Below, one piece after another: positions 25,761-51,321 of a stretch of 64,000 nt of DNA. Position 1 is the stretch's first letter. Each line of letters opens with the position of its first letter. The stretch is from Macrostomum hystrix (lineage: Eukaryota > Animalia > Platyhelminthes), in NCBI GenBank assembly GCA_950097015.1, contig CATNEN010000038.1:1426001-1490000 (forward strand). Reading direction: 5' to 3'. The notes beneath the pieces were generated by a model that worked only from the letters and a program-made list of their open reading frames with translations, was not told the origin of the DNA and searched no databases. The position numbers and the translations under genes are program-made.

Positions 25761-26060
25761 TGATGCGATCGACAAAAATGGGGTGGGTGTATATCTTTTC
25801 CACCCCTCTTTATTGTGTGAAAACTGCAGCTGCAGGGCTAGATATTTTCGGCTGAAGCAGATCAAGAAAAATGTAGTGTGTCAAATATCCACCTTAACTG
25901 TGCGCAATAAACTGCAGGGCTAAAAATGTCGCCTCGACAGAACGGCAAACAGGCGTTGAAAAATATAAATCAGTATCTTCGCACAAGTACGGGGAGATGT
26001 TCTACATAGATATGAATGATATATTTACATTGATATTCGCAGTTCAGCAGTTCTAGCTCG

Positions 26061-28089
26061 TTAAGTCTTTGAGGCGGCTTCAACGCTGCGAGGTCTGCGC
26101 TGACGGAGGCAGCCGAGACGGCAGCAGCTGGCACGCATCGAGTCCGAGAACGCTTTCCGAAATCTCGGCGAAACAAACAGTGCGCAGCCGTTCAGACAGA
26201 AGTCCAGGTAAGTCAAGGTGTTGAGCAGCTGGTGCAGGAGCGTGTGGCTCCGGCCCAGCCGACTGACGATTTGCGGGTCAATGATGCGGGCGGCAACGTA
26301 CAGACCAGCTGGGAGACCGCACAGCACGTAGGTTCCATTCTGCACCAGCAGGATCTGGGTGGCTTTGCTGTGCGACCTGGCGCAGTAGATGGTGCAGGCG
26401 GTTGGAGGGCCGTCGCAACAGCAGAAGCGAATCTTGCAGCTCAGCAGCTGCGGCCATCGGATGGCTAGCAGTATGATGGCAGTGCCCAGCAGCATGCTGA
26501 CCAGCAGGACCACCCGGCCCAGAATGAATTCGTAGAATCTGAAGGCTTCAAAAGCTGCCGTGTCGCCATTCTGACAACTGCCAGGCTGGGAACCCGATTG
26601 TGCGACTGAGTACCTGCGGTGGTTGGAGTTTCATGAGGGTCCAGGAGTTTGCTGAATTAGCCTAATTCCTACTAGCCATCAGTGTTTGGGCATCGATACA
26701 AAAAATTATTGGCGTTTTTTAACATGGTCCGATTCTAAAATTATAGGAATTATAGTATCTGACGGCGATACTTAATCCGATGCTTTTTGTTTTTGCCATC
26801 GAATGCCATCGAACCTGAACTAACGTTGACTCAAACAACCAAACACTTTGACTGTAATAATTTTTATTAGTAAAACCAAGGTGTCTGAATCAGATGGCTC
26901 AAAGCGAAAAGAACACATAACAGGGTACTCACTTCATCACAAACGAACTGAAGACTGCTATAGATCCGGCAATCAAGCTCAACGTTGTCATGGTTACCCA
27001 AACCACTCGAGGACTCAATCCGTGTCGCATTTTCATCGGCTGAAGTACGCTAGCAATCCGATCCAGGGTCAGGCCCAGCTGGAAGTAGGGCGCCCCAACC
27101 AGTAGCAGGTATGTAGCCCCGTAGTACATGCGGCAGAGGACCTCGGACTTGCCGGAGATGGATTCGGGTCTGCGAAATGTATATCAGTCTATGGCTTTTC
27201 ATGCTCACTCCGAGGACCAAGGCACTGCTGCTCACTCTGAGATTCAGGACACTGCTCACTCTGAGAATCAAGACACTGCTCACTCTGAGAATCAGGACAC
27301 TCCTCACTCTGAGAATCAGGACACTGCTCACTCTGATAATCAGGACACTGCTCATTCTGAGAATCAGGACACTGCTCACTCTGAGAATCAGGACACTGCT
27401 CACTCTGATAATCAGGACACTGCTCACTCTGAGAATCAGGACACTGCTCACTCTGAGAATCAAGACACTACTCACTCTGATAATCAGGACACTCCTCACT
27501 CTGAGAATCAGGACACTGCTCACTCTGAGAATCAGGACACTGCTCACTCTGAGAATCAAGACACTACTCACTCTGATAATCAGGACACTCCTCACTCTGA
27601 GAATCAGGACACTGCTCACTCTGAGAATCAGGACACTCCTCACTCTGATAATCAGGACACTGCTCATTCTGAGAATCAGGACACTGCTCACTCTGAGAAT
27701 CAGGACACTGCTCACTCTGATAATCAGGACACTGCTCACTCTGAGAATCAGGACACTGCTCACTCTGAGGATCAAGACACAAGAGACAGTTGACTCAGAA
27801 CTCACTCATACAGCCACCAGCTTAAGCTGAAGCGCCCCAGGCACTCCAGGTAATGCGTCGGCCCTTTTATGAGCAGCGCGGCGCCGTTGACGCCGCAGAC
27901 GCTGGCTACGAAGACCCTCGCCGACGTGCTGAACAGGGCAGGACGGCGATAGCGCAACACAATTACGAGTGAGGAGAAATTGACAAACACGCCAACCGCC
28001 CAGATCGTTGGGAACAGCCAGATCATGGTGAACACAAAGGCCGACTCGACAGGTGACAGAAAGCTCGAGTTTATGCTCGGAGGCGGCAT
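26061..28089 (-). CDS. Divergent class A (rhodopsin-like) GPCR, orphan peptide-receptor-like (~357 aa)
   Basis: Exons 28089-27806, 27169-26933 and 26613-26061, with phases 2/2 consistent. Seven hydrophobic segments, TM1 Asn, Cys before TM3, LTLDRIASVLQP, CGLP in TM6, and helix 8 SPRFRKAF. Confidence 0.85.
27225..27780. repeat. 24-bp minisatellite (CACTGCTCACTCTGAGAATCAGGA)
   Basis: Fills GPCR intron 1. Confidence 0.95.
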
Positions 28090-28387
28090 TGCTAATTGGG
28101 GATTATTTCCCACTGGATTCGAATCCGGGTTGGCTTCTGTGTTTTGAGTTTTATCTACTTCTTTGCAAGCGGGATAATTTACGACTTGCAGAATCTCTCA
28201 CGGCTCACCTACCCGACCTGATAAGAGTTTTCGAAGGCTAAATATATTTTTGGATGTTTTATTGGGGATCTGACGTGTTTCATGGCGCATCGGACCAAGT
28301 TGTTTTAACCTAAGTGTAAAACTAATTTACTGCTCTGTTTATTTATCATACAGATATGAGAACAGATCAGGTAGCTTTTTCTTGTAC

Positions 28388-28820
28388 TTTGAGTGAGGGG
28401 CAGACACCCCTCTGTTTGAGTGAGGGGCAGACACCCCTCTGTTTGAGTGAGGGGCAGACACCCCTCTGTTTGAGTGAGGGGCAGACACCCCTCTGTTTGA
28501 GTGAGGGGCAGACACCCCTCTGTTTGAGTGAGGGGCAGACACCCCTCTGTTTGAGTGAGGGGCAGACACCCCATTTTGTTGGTGTAGGGGCAGACACCCC
28601 ATTTTGTTGGTGTAGGGGCAGACACCCTATCTTGTTGGTGTAGGGGCAGACACCCCATTTTGTTGGTGTAGGGGCAGACACCCCATTTTGTTGGTGTAGG
28701 GGCAGACACCCCATTTTGTTGGTGTAGGGGCAGACACCCCATTTTGTTGGTGTAGGGGCAGACACCCCATTTTGTTGGTGTAGGGGCAGACACCCCATTT
28801 TGTTGGTGTAGGGGCAGACG
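28388..28820. repeat. Compound 27/28-bp minisatellite built on GGGGCAGACACCCC
   Basis: Seven 27-bp units followed by ~9 28-bp units sharing the same core. Confidence 0.95.
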
Positions 28821-29488
28821 TGTTCTGTTCTCCAGGATATAAATTTAGTTGAAATTTCCTTAGTGTTTTCAATTTAGCTTGGAGAAAATTGTGTAGTCTT
28901 TAACAGGACTGTTAGATGGTTATCATGCTCACGCTCATTTTCAGATAATAAACTTGTGCTAGGAGAAGCAGGCTCAAATTTGGCTGGGGGCAATTGTGTC
29001 TGGGGGTGCAGGCGGGTTAAGGACGAATTGATAGGCACTTTTCGTCAGGCCGTCTGGCCAACGCTTCATCCGGGCTGGATGGGGAACAACACCAGTTTCT
29101 CTTTACCCTACTCTCTCCGGGTAAGACCCCCTGGGAAATGAGACTGGGAATATGAGGGCAGTGAGATCCCAGGGATGGTCAGTCCTCAATTCTGGTCAGT
29201 CCTACGGAGGCAGCGCGCCACATGCAAGCTGGATAGCTGGGGCTTGGGGCCGTTTTTAGAAGGCTAAAATTCGATCTAACAGGTCCACTTCAATCGGCTG
29301 CCGCCCCCCCAGCTGGCTTTCCTATCCACCAAGCCGTCAGTGTATCCATGCACCCGTCTGCGCCCCATCCCCCATTCTCTCACAGAGCTGCTTTAGTACT
29401 CGCTTTTTAATACGGAAAGCCATTCGACAGTTGGTAGAGCTGCGGGTTCGGTGTCCGATGATCACATCAGCAGCAGCAGCAGCAAACA

Positions 29489-29824
29489 ATGCAAATCACA
29501 CAGGTGAGAGCACGTTCTGTATCTATGGGTAAACAAACATAACTCGTACAGTTCAAAATAATTCACTATCTCAATGTCACTCTCACTGTCACTCTCACTG
29601 TCACTCTCACTGTCACTCTCACTCTCAATCTCTCTCGCTCTCAATCTATCTCACTCTCACTCTCACTCTCACTCTCTCTCACTCTCACTCTCTCTCACTC
29701 TCACTATCACTCTCTTTCAATCTCACTCTCACTCTCACTCTCTCTCACTCTCACTCTCACTCTCTTTCCATCTCACTCTCACTCTCACTCTCAATCTCAC
29801 TCTCACTCTCACTCTCACTCTCTT

Positions 29825-29868
<44 letters not shown>

Positions 29869-30000
29869 TTTCACTCTCACTCTCACTCTCAATCTCTCTC
29901 GCTCTCAATCTATCTCACTCTCACTCTCACTCTCACTCTCTCTCACTCTCACTCTCTCTCACTCTCACTCTCTCTCACTCTCACTCTCACTCTCTTTCAA

Positions 30001-30046
<46 letters not shown>

Positions 30047-30073
30047 TCAGTCTCACTCTCACTCTTTCACTCC

Positions 30074-30116
<43 letters not shown>

Positions 30117-30145
30117 TCAGTCTCACTCTCACTCTCTTTCACTCC

Positions 30146-30177
<32 letters not shown>

Positions 30178-30217
30178 ACCTCACTCTCTCAGTCTCACTC
30201 TCACTCTCTTTCACTCC

Positions 30218-30248
<31 letters not shown>

Positions 30249-31551
30249 TCAGTGTCTTTGTTTTCACGCACTGCAGCCGCCGTCACCGCCGCCGCCGCCG
30301 CCGCTGCCTCCGCCGCCGCCGCCGCCACCTCGGTGGCCAGTCAGCAGGCGGCTTCCCTCCACGCAGCAGCTGTCGCCACCAGAGCAGCAGCCTCTGCCGC
30401 CGGCTTACCCAGGCAGCTCGTCGAGTTCTTCCAGCTTCTGGTGGCCACTGCTGCCGCTGCTGTTGCTGCTCAGCGCTCTGCTCATCCTCCTGCTGACCAC
30501 CGCTGTTGTGGCTACCCTAGCCAACAGTCAAGTGCGTCGCTGGCGGCGTCGGCGACGCCGGCATCGGGGACGACGACGACAATGTCAGATGAGCGGCTGC
30601 GACTTCAGCGCTTCGAGTCGTCAATTCGACGATGAGGACGCTGAAGAAGAGGAAGAAATCGAGATGGCGGCTGCGGCGGCCGGCTGGAGCTCATGGCGGA
30701 CAGGATTCAATGAAGAAGACACTGACGACGGTGAGGACGATGATGAAGAAACTGAAGAGGCCAGGGAGCCGGGAGTCTGGCTGTCGGGAACAACAGATGA
30801 GGACTTGGAGTCGAACGGCCTGGGGCTCACGACGACTCAGTCCGATGAGAACTGTGAAGGCTTCTCAGGCGAGTTGATAGAGCTGCGCTCTCGTACAACT
30901 GATTATCCTATTCAAAAATATGGCCTGGGCCAAAATCACCGCAACCAAAATCCCTATCCTAAACGAATTCGAATTTAAAATCCACATCCTAATTCCAATC
31001 CAAATCCCGATACTAAGCCTAATCCTAATTCCAATCCTAATCCTAATTCTAATCCTAATCCCAATCCCAATACGAATCCCAATCCCAATACTAATCCCAA
31101 TCCCAATACTAATCCCAATCCCAATACTAATCCCAATCCCAATACTAATCCCAATCCCAATCCTAATCCCAATCCCAACCCTACTTCAAATCCCAATCCT
31201 AATCCCAATCACAATCCTAATCCCAATCACAATCCTAATCCCAATCCCAGTCCCAATCCCAATCCTAATCCCGATTCTAAGCCTAATCCTAATTCCAATC
31301 CTAATCTTAATACTAATCCTAATCCCGATTCGAACCCTAATCCCCATCCCAATCCTAATCCCAATCCCAATCCTAATCCCAATTCCAATCCAAATCCCAA
31401 CGTCAATTGACGGTCAACACATCTGTGCCTCAAATTCACGGCAGGGAAAAATGACATTGCAGATACGGACACCGAGCGACTCAGCCAAATCAGTGAACCC
31501 AATCAGCAGTCCGTGCTGTCCGACAAAGGTGACCAGATCACCGCCTGCTGA
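29489..31551 (+). CDS. Orphan single-pass membrane protein (Pro-rich N-part, TM, poly-Arg, acidic tail; ~237 aa)
   Basis: Putative exons 29489-29503, 30277-30868 and 31445-31551. The second intron is GC-AG (CAG|gcgagt) with matching phase 1. Translation: poly-Pro, [40 protein letters not shown]-rich tail ending ITAC. The start is uncertain. Confidence 0.55.
29570..30252. repeat. (CTCACT)n microsatellite
   Basis: Hexamer array in intron 1 of the orphan TM gene. Confidence 0.95.
30978..31400. repeat. (AATCCC/AATCCT)n hexamer array
   Basis: Lies inside the putative GC-AG intron. Confidence 0.93.
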
Positions 31552-32116
31552 TCACAACTGGCATTGCTGACTACTAACAAACTGTTTTATCATATCTTGC
31601 CGGCATCGACTGTACATTACATCAGTTGTGTGTTGCTGTGTGTATTTCAGATCAGTTGCGTGTCCATCAGATCAGTTGTGTGTACATCAGATCAGTTGTG
31701 TGTCCATCAGATCAGCTGTGTGTACATCAGATCAGTTGTGTGTACATCAGATCAGCTGGTATGTACATTAGATTCGTCACAATGTACGTCACGGGAAAGT
31801 GCTTACGCCTGGCTTTCTTGCATTATATTAAAATTCGTAATTATATTGTCCTGCGCTTCGCTGACTGTAAAATATTGTGACGTGTTCTGCAATAAAGTTA
31901 GAAACTTTGGTTCACATATTCTGCTAATACTACTTCAAATCAACGGAAAACCAGTAGTACAATACCTAAAAGCTGTCTTATTTAAAATTAAGTTATTTTA
32001 CCTCGTGGCTAGTTGCACTTTTGCCGGCTTCAGACCCAAGCCCCCCCACTAAATCCGTAAAATTTATTAGATCAATAATTCTGGAAACCAAACACCCAGC
32101 CGCAAATAAACAGAGC

Positions 32117-32148
<32 letters not shown>

Positions 32149-32302
32149 TGCGTGTTGCCCAAGAATACCTGAATATAAATTAAATGACACTTCCCATTTG
32201 CGTAACGAATTAGTCCGATCATCTATGTGCGACTTTATCTAAATTTGGCCAATAGGTTTGTCACTGCGTGGATTTTAACATCCCAGATCTGATTCGATGA
32301 AA

Positions 32303-32431
32303 CTCTCACTCTCACCCTCACTCTCACTCTCACTCTCACTGTCACTCCCACTCTCACTGTCACTCTCACTCTCACTGTCACTCTCACTCTCACTGTCACT
32401 CCCACTCTCACTGTCACTCCCACTCTCACTG

Positions 32432-32466
<35 letters not shown>

Positions 32467-32773
32467 GTCACTCCCACTCTCACTGTCACTCTCACTCTCA
32501 CTGTCACTCTCACTCTCACTGTCACTCCCACTCTCACTGTCACTCTCACTCTCACTGTCACTCCCACTCTCACTGTCACTCTCACTCTCACTGTCACTCC
32601 CACTCTCACTCTAACTCTCACTCTCACTGTCACTCTCACTCTCACTGTCACTCCCACTCTCACTGTCACTCTCACTCTCACTGTCACTCTCACTCTCACT
32701 GTCACTCTCACTCTCACTCTAACTCTCACTCTCACTGTCACTCCCACTCTCACTGTCACTCCCACTCTCACTG

Positions 32774-32808
<35 letters not shown>

Positions 32809-32845
32809 GTCACTCCCACTCTCACTGTCACTCTCACTCTCACTG

Positions 32846-32901
<56 letters not shown>

Positions 32902-33018
32902 TTTCTCTCTCTCACTCTCACTCTCAAACTCTCACTCATATCGGAATCGATTACAACATTAGATTTTTGAAATACAATGGGCAGTGTCCTCTCTCCCGCT
33001 CTCTCTCTCTCCCTCTCT

Positions 33019-33060
<42 letters not shown>

Positions 33061-33172
33061 CACCCTCAGTCTCACCCTCAGTCTCACCCTCACTCTCACC
33101 CTCACTCTCACCCTCACTCTCACCCTCACTCTTACCCTCACTCTCACTCTCACCCTCACGCTTACTCTCACT
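32303..33172. repeat. (CTCACT/GTCACT)n microsatellite
   Basis: Upstream of RYK. Confidence 0.95.
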
Positions 33173-33501
33173 TTAACTGTCGCTCTGACTACAATATCTT
33201 ACACGAGATTTTATTGAAGATGGCCTCAGTATGGTCCCGTGTTCCGAAAACGCAGATTTCTTCTCTACGCATTGGACAGGCCAACCTCTCGCCCGGGTGT
33301 CCCTGTAGCCAATGACGGAAGCTCTGCCCAGTCATTGGAGAGTAACACTTTGTTTCTGAAAGTTTTAGTCCTTAAAACAATGTATAGAAATTGCCTGATG
33401 CTAAACTATTTTGCTACTGACCGAGAACCAATTCAGGGCACAATTAAAAACCATTTAAAAGGCTGATTAAATGTTAATTTGAATTCGTTTTTTATTTAAT
33501 C

Positions 33502-47242
<13,741 letters not shown>

Positions 47243-47956
47243 CGAACTTCGTTTACGAAAGAAATGTACTTTTCTAAATGCACTTTTCAGAATGTACTTT
47301 CTGGTTTTTAGATGCTCGTTTTAATTAGTTCGCTGCTTTTCTCCTGTGAAATATTTTTAATATTGTTACAGATTTTTGATTTGTAACAGATTCAGATTCA
47401 GATTTTTGTTACGAGTCAAATTGATTTACACAGAGCAAATGAAAAAAAATGCGCCAATGCTACTCAAACTTAGTAGTTAGTAGCCTATGCTGATCATAAC
47501 TTTTTTTTAGCAGAGGGGGCGGAGTGACAATGGACTTATAAATAAGCAAATGCAATGCAAATTAAACCCCTAAAGCTCTGCAGAATCCACGCCAGCAGTT
47601 CGTGCTGTACATACAATTTCAATTGCGCCTTTTGTAACTGTCAAAATTTTGCTGTTAAATTATCGAATAAAACAAAAGCAAAAAAAAAATGACAGCATGC
47701 ACTTAAACTCTATGATTTGAAGTAACAATTCTAAAGTCGTTAGTTTTTTATAGAAAATTGTCTAATGCGTTTATTTGAATAGATTTTAAGTAGGTCCAGT
47801 TTATTAATAGAATGTAGATTAATAATTGTCTAAGGCATTCTGAGACTTCAGAACCCCGATAATACATTAACAGATAAATAGAAAATTTCCCTAACAAAGT
47901 GATTGATTGGCGAATGAGGATTTCATTGGCTGAGAATGTCCAGTCCGTTGGCTTGT

Positions 47957-48732
47957 CTACAGGCCGGCCTTGAACACAACAATGTTGAGGTTGCCGCTGC
48001 TGAACACACCGAAGGAGTTCTTCTCGTGAGCCACTTGGCTGAAATCATAGTGGGGTCATCGGATGGGTCATTAGAGGGTCATCAGAGAGGTCATCGGATC
48101 AGTCATCGGAAGAGTCATCGGTGGGTCATTCGTAGGGTCATAAGACGGTCATCAGAGAGGTCATCGGAAGGTCATCGGTGGGTCATCGATGGGTCATCGG
48201 AAGGGTCATTTGTGGGTCATTCGTGGGATCATCAGAGGAGTAAGCTGAGGTCATCATGAGGTCAAGGTCCTCACCAGGCGTAGCTGCGGCCAACGATCAC
48301 GTGCCAGGTCGGGGACAGCTGGGTGTCCAGACGGCGCTTCAGCTGGGTGGCGATGGCATCCTCGTCCTTGTACTCCGAGCACACCTGGGACACCAGGGTC
48401 TGGATGTTGCGACGGATGTCGTCGGTGAGGTCGCTGCGATTCAGGTCCATTTCGGGCTGGCTGATGCTGAGAGTTACTCGCACTGGGTTTGAGAATAGTC
48501 GGCAGTTGTCCTGACTGAGTGGCGAGTCAGGCAGCTGGCGGCGCTGCATCTTAAGTAGGCGCTTTGGGTCGGTCGTCGAGCTGGCGTTAGCTTCAGCCGA
48601 GGCCGGGTGCCATTGGTCAGGCGAGTTTGCAGAGCCGCCAGTGCTCACAGGTGCTTGGCAGCGCAGTCTTGGCTGCAGCCAAACTCCTGTCTTGCTGGCC
48701 ATTGGTCGCAGGGGGCATTTTTTCGAGTCCAT
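47957..48732 (-). CDS. LC8-type dynein light chain domain protein with N-terminal extension (~179 aa)
   Basis: Exons 48732-48275 and 48038-47957 with a phase-2 intron. IATQLKRRLDTQLSPTWHVIVGRSYACQVAHEKNSFGVFSSGNLNIVVFKAGL aligns with LC8 (IAAYIKKEFD..PTWHCIVGRNFGSYVTHE..LLFKSG). The start is uncertain. Confidence 0.85.
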
Positions 48733-49152
48733 TGTGCGTCGACCACCAGATTTAAACAGGCGGGTTTACTGGGCTTTCTGTGAGTGCGGGGGGGTCAGAA
48801 CTGCTGGCGGTTGCAATTGATGCCCTGGTGCAGCCAGGGAGGGAGACAAGGCAGGTTTGAGATGAGTTTGAGTAGTCACGAGCCAAGAACAATGGGACTG
48901 ACCCAGCCTCTTCACACACCGAATGAATGAAAATTCTGCGCCTCATCGTAAGATGCTATTTTCATACCAAATAAAAAGAATTCTTTTACCTGGAACTGCA
49001 CGTGCTGACACTTCATTTTTTATTGAAACTCTGCGCTTCAGCTATAGGCTGCTGTGGAAACATACAACTGTTGATGCACTGATGAATGAGGTGAGGAAAT
49101 AATGGGAAATGAAGGTAGGAAGGAAGGGGTGATGTACGTGTACGAAGCTAAC

Positions 49153-49275
49153 ACTGGTACCAATGTAACTGCTGGGTGAACCGGAAGCATTGCAGAGTCA
49201 AGTGTCTTGCGGTAGGACACAGATTGTTCCAAGTGGACTCAGGAATCGAACCTCTAACCTTCAAGTCTTAAGCCG
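49153..49275 (-). mobile_element. SINE family B, degenerate copy just upstream of the orphan DLC exon
   Basis: ctggtacc..gctgggtgaac..gcagagtcaagtgtcttg..ggaatcgaacc..cttcaagtc matches the 63660-63770 copy. Confidence 0.7.
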
Positions 49276-49299
49276 CTTAATTAGAAAAACCAATTTCAG

Positions 49300-49381
49300 C
49301 GACGTGGCGTACGAGAAAGGCACATTCGCCATGTTTAACAATCCACCGTACAACATGGTGCTTCACTCAGCCGGCTTCTGA
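49300..49381 (+). other. Isolated terminal exon of a second dynein-light-chain paralog (no upstream partner exon found on the + strand)
   Basis: Acceptor atttcag|c at 49299/49300, 82 nt, phase 2. Encodes DVAYEKGTFAMFNNPPYNMVLHSAGF*, colinear with QVAHEKNSFGVFSSGNLNIVVFKAGL* of the minus-strand DLC last exon (also 82 nt). Confidence 0.7.
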
Positions 49382-49522
49382 CCGCGCGGACGAGCACGGA
49401 TAGAAAAATCACCAAAACAGTTGACAAATTCCTATCGTGTGCATGCCACACTACTTACAGTATATGTAAAAGGAAAAACTGAAACTTTAAAATTAAAGTA
49501 TTGTAATGAAAAAAATGTTTTT

Positions 49523-50101
49523 TTCTGGTTATAGATGCTGCTTCGATTCCTGCTGGGATACTCTGATCCGATTCCGCACAAAACTCCTGCTTCGATTCTT
49601 GTTGGGATACTCTGATCCGATTCCGCACAAAACTCCTGCTTCGATTCTTGTTGGGATACTCTGATCCGATTCCGCACAAAACTCCTGCTTCGATACTCTG
49701 ATCCGATTCCGCATAAAACTCCTGCTTCGATTCCTGTTGGGATACTCTGATCCGATTCCGCATACAACTCCTGCTTCGATTCCTGTTGGGATACTCTGAT
49801 CCGATTCCGCATACAACTCCTGCTTCGATTCCTGTTGGGATACTCTGATCCGATTCCGCATACAACTCCTGCTTCGATTCCTGTTGGGATATTCTGATCC
49901 GATTCCGCATACAACTCCTGCTTCGATTCCTGCTGGGATACTCTGATCCGATTCCGCACAAAACTCCAGCTTCGATTCCTGTTGGGATATTCTGATCCGA
50001 TTCCGCACACAACTTGTGCTTCGATTCCTGTTGGCATACTCTGATCCGATTCCGCATACAACTCCTGCTTCGATTCTGGTTATAGATGCTGCTGCGATTC
50101 C
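49523..50101. repeat. 49-bp minisatellite flanked by a ~28-bp direct repeat
   Basis: Unit CTGCTTCGATTCCTGTTGGGATACTCTGATCCGATTCCGCATACAACTC, ~11 copies. Confidence 0.93.
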
Positions 50102-50654
50102 AGAGAGAGAGAGAGAACCTGCAGCGATCCAGTTTTTTAAGGATCCATTAGGATCGAAATGAAAAAAGAGAACAATTTTTGCTTACTGTTGTAGCCAGTT
50201 TGCAGTAATTAGCTATGTGCATCTCTATTTACTGACATATAAGTAGCCAGTTACTAAATTCAGCATTTATTTTTAGAATCCCAGTCAAATGTGCACGACT
50301 ACATTTAATTCGAAAATAATTGCAAAAACAGTCCACATAGCCTAAGTTTGTTAAGAAGATTTCAATACGAAAAAAATTGTTTAAACTAAAAACAACTTTG
50401 TTTTCTGGTTGTCTAAAATTCTTACTTAGAGCACACTTTGAGCAGCGAGCTAATTGAGTTGAAGAGAACTAAGAGAATATCAGCCACAGTAATTAAACAA
50501 TTGATGATACTTAAGTTAATATCCGGAGACAAAACAGTTAATCTTGACGAAAGCTCAACTCTTAGACAGGTCCATGACATTATATGGACCTATCCAAATA
50601 CGCGAGCAGCAAGTCAGCATCTTGTGTTGCTAGGAGTGTCCAAGTGAGGCCGTC

Positions 50655-50932
50655 AATGTCCATAGGATCATCTGAGACTGTCACAATGTCCATGGGAACA
50701 TCTTAGACTGTCACAATGTATATGGGATTATCTTAGACTGTCACAATGTCCATGGGATCATCTTAGACTGTCACAATGTATATGGGATCATCTGAGACTG
50801 TCACAATGTCCATAGGATCATCTGAGACTGTCACAATGTCCATGGGAACATCTGAGGCTGTCACAATGTCCATGGGATTATTTGAGGCTGTCACAATGTC
50901 CATGGGATTATTTGAGGCTGTCACAATGTCCA
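50655..50932. repeat. 30-bp minisatellite (GACTGTCACAATGTCCATGGGATCATCTGA)
   Basis: About 9 copies, intergenic. Confidence 0.92.
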
Positions 50933-51321
50933 ACAAAGTTGTTTGAAAGGTTCCCAACACGAAAACAATAATTTTAACGTCTCTAGCAACACACGATTTA
51001 AATAAAATTCAATCTAAAAATGAGAAAATATGAGTTTTGAAAAGCAGCAGGGTTTTTAATTGTTATAAGTAATTCCTAAAATTTCTCTAAAAGGCAGAAT
51101 TTTTAGTATATGCCGTAAGAAAGAAAAAAACTGACAGAGTAACAAAATTTTACAAGATCGCGCAAAAACAAATCTAGTGCCATCTACTTATTCTAACTAC
51201 TATCAGTACTTATAGCTTCTGAGGATAAAAAACAGATTTTGTTAGTTAGAAATGTATGTGGAACCCGCAGCAGAGACAGGCAGGCAAGCACTTTTTCAAC
51301 AGTAATAGATAAAATCAATGC

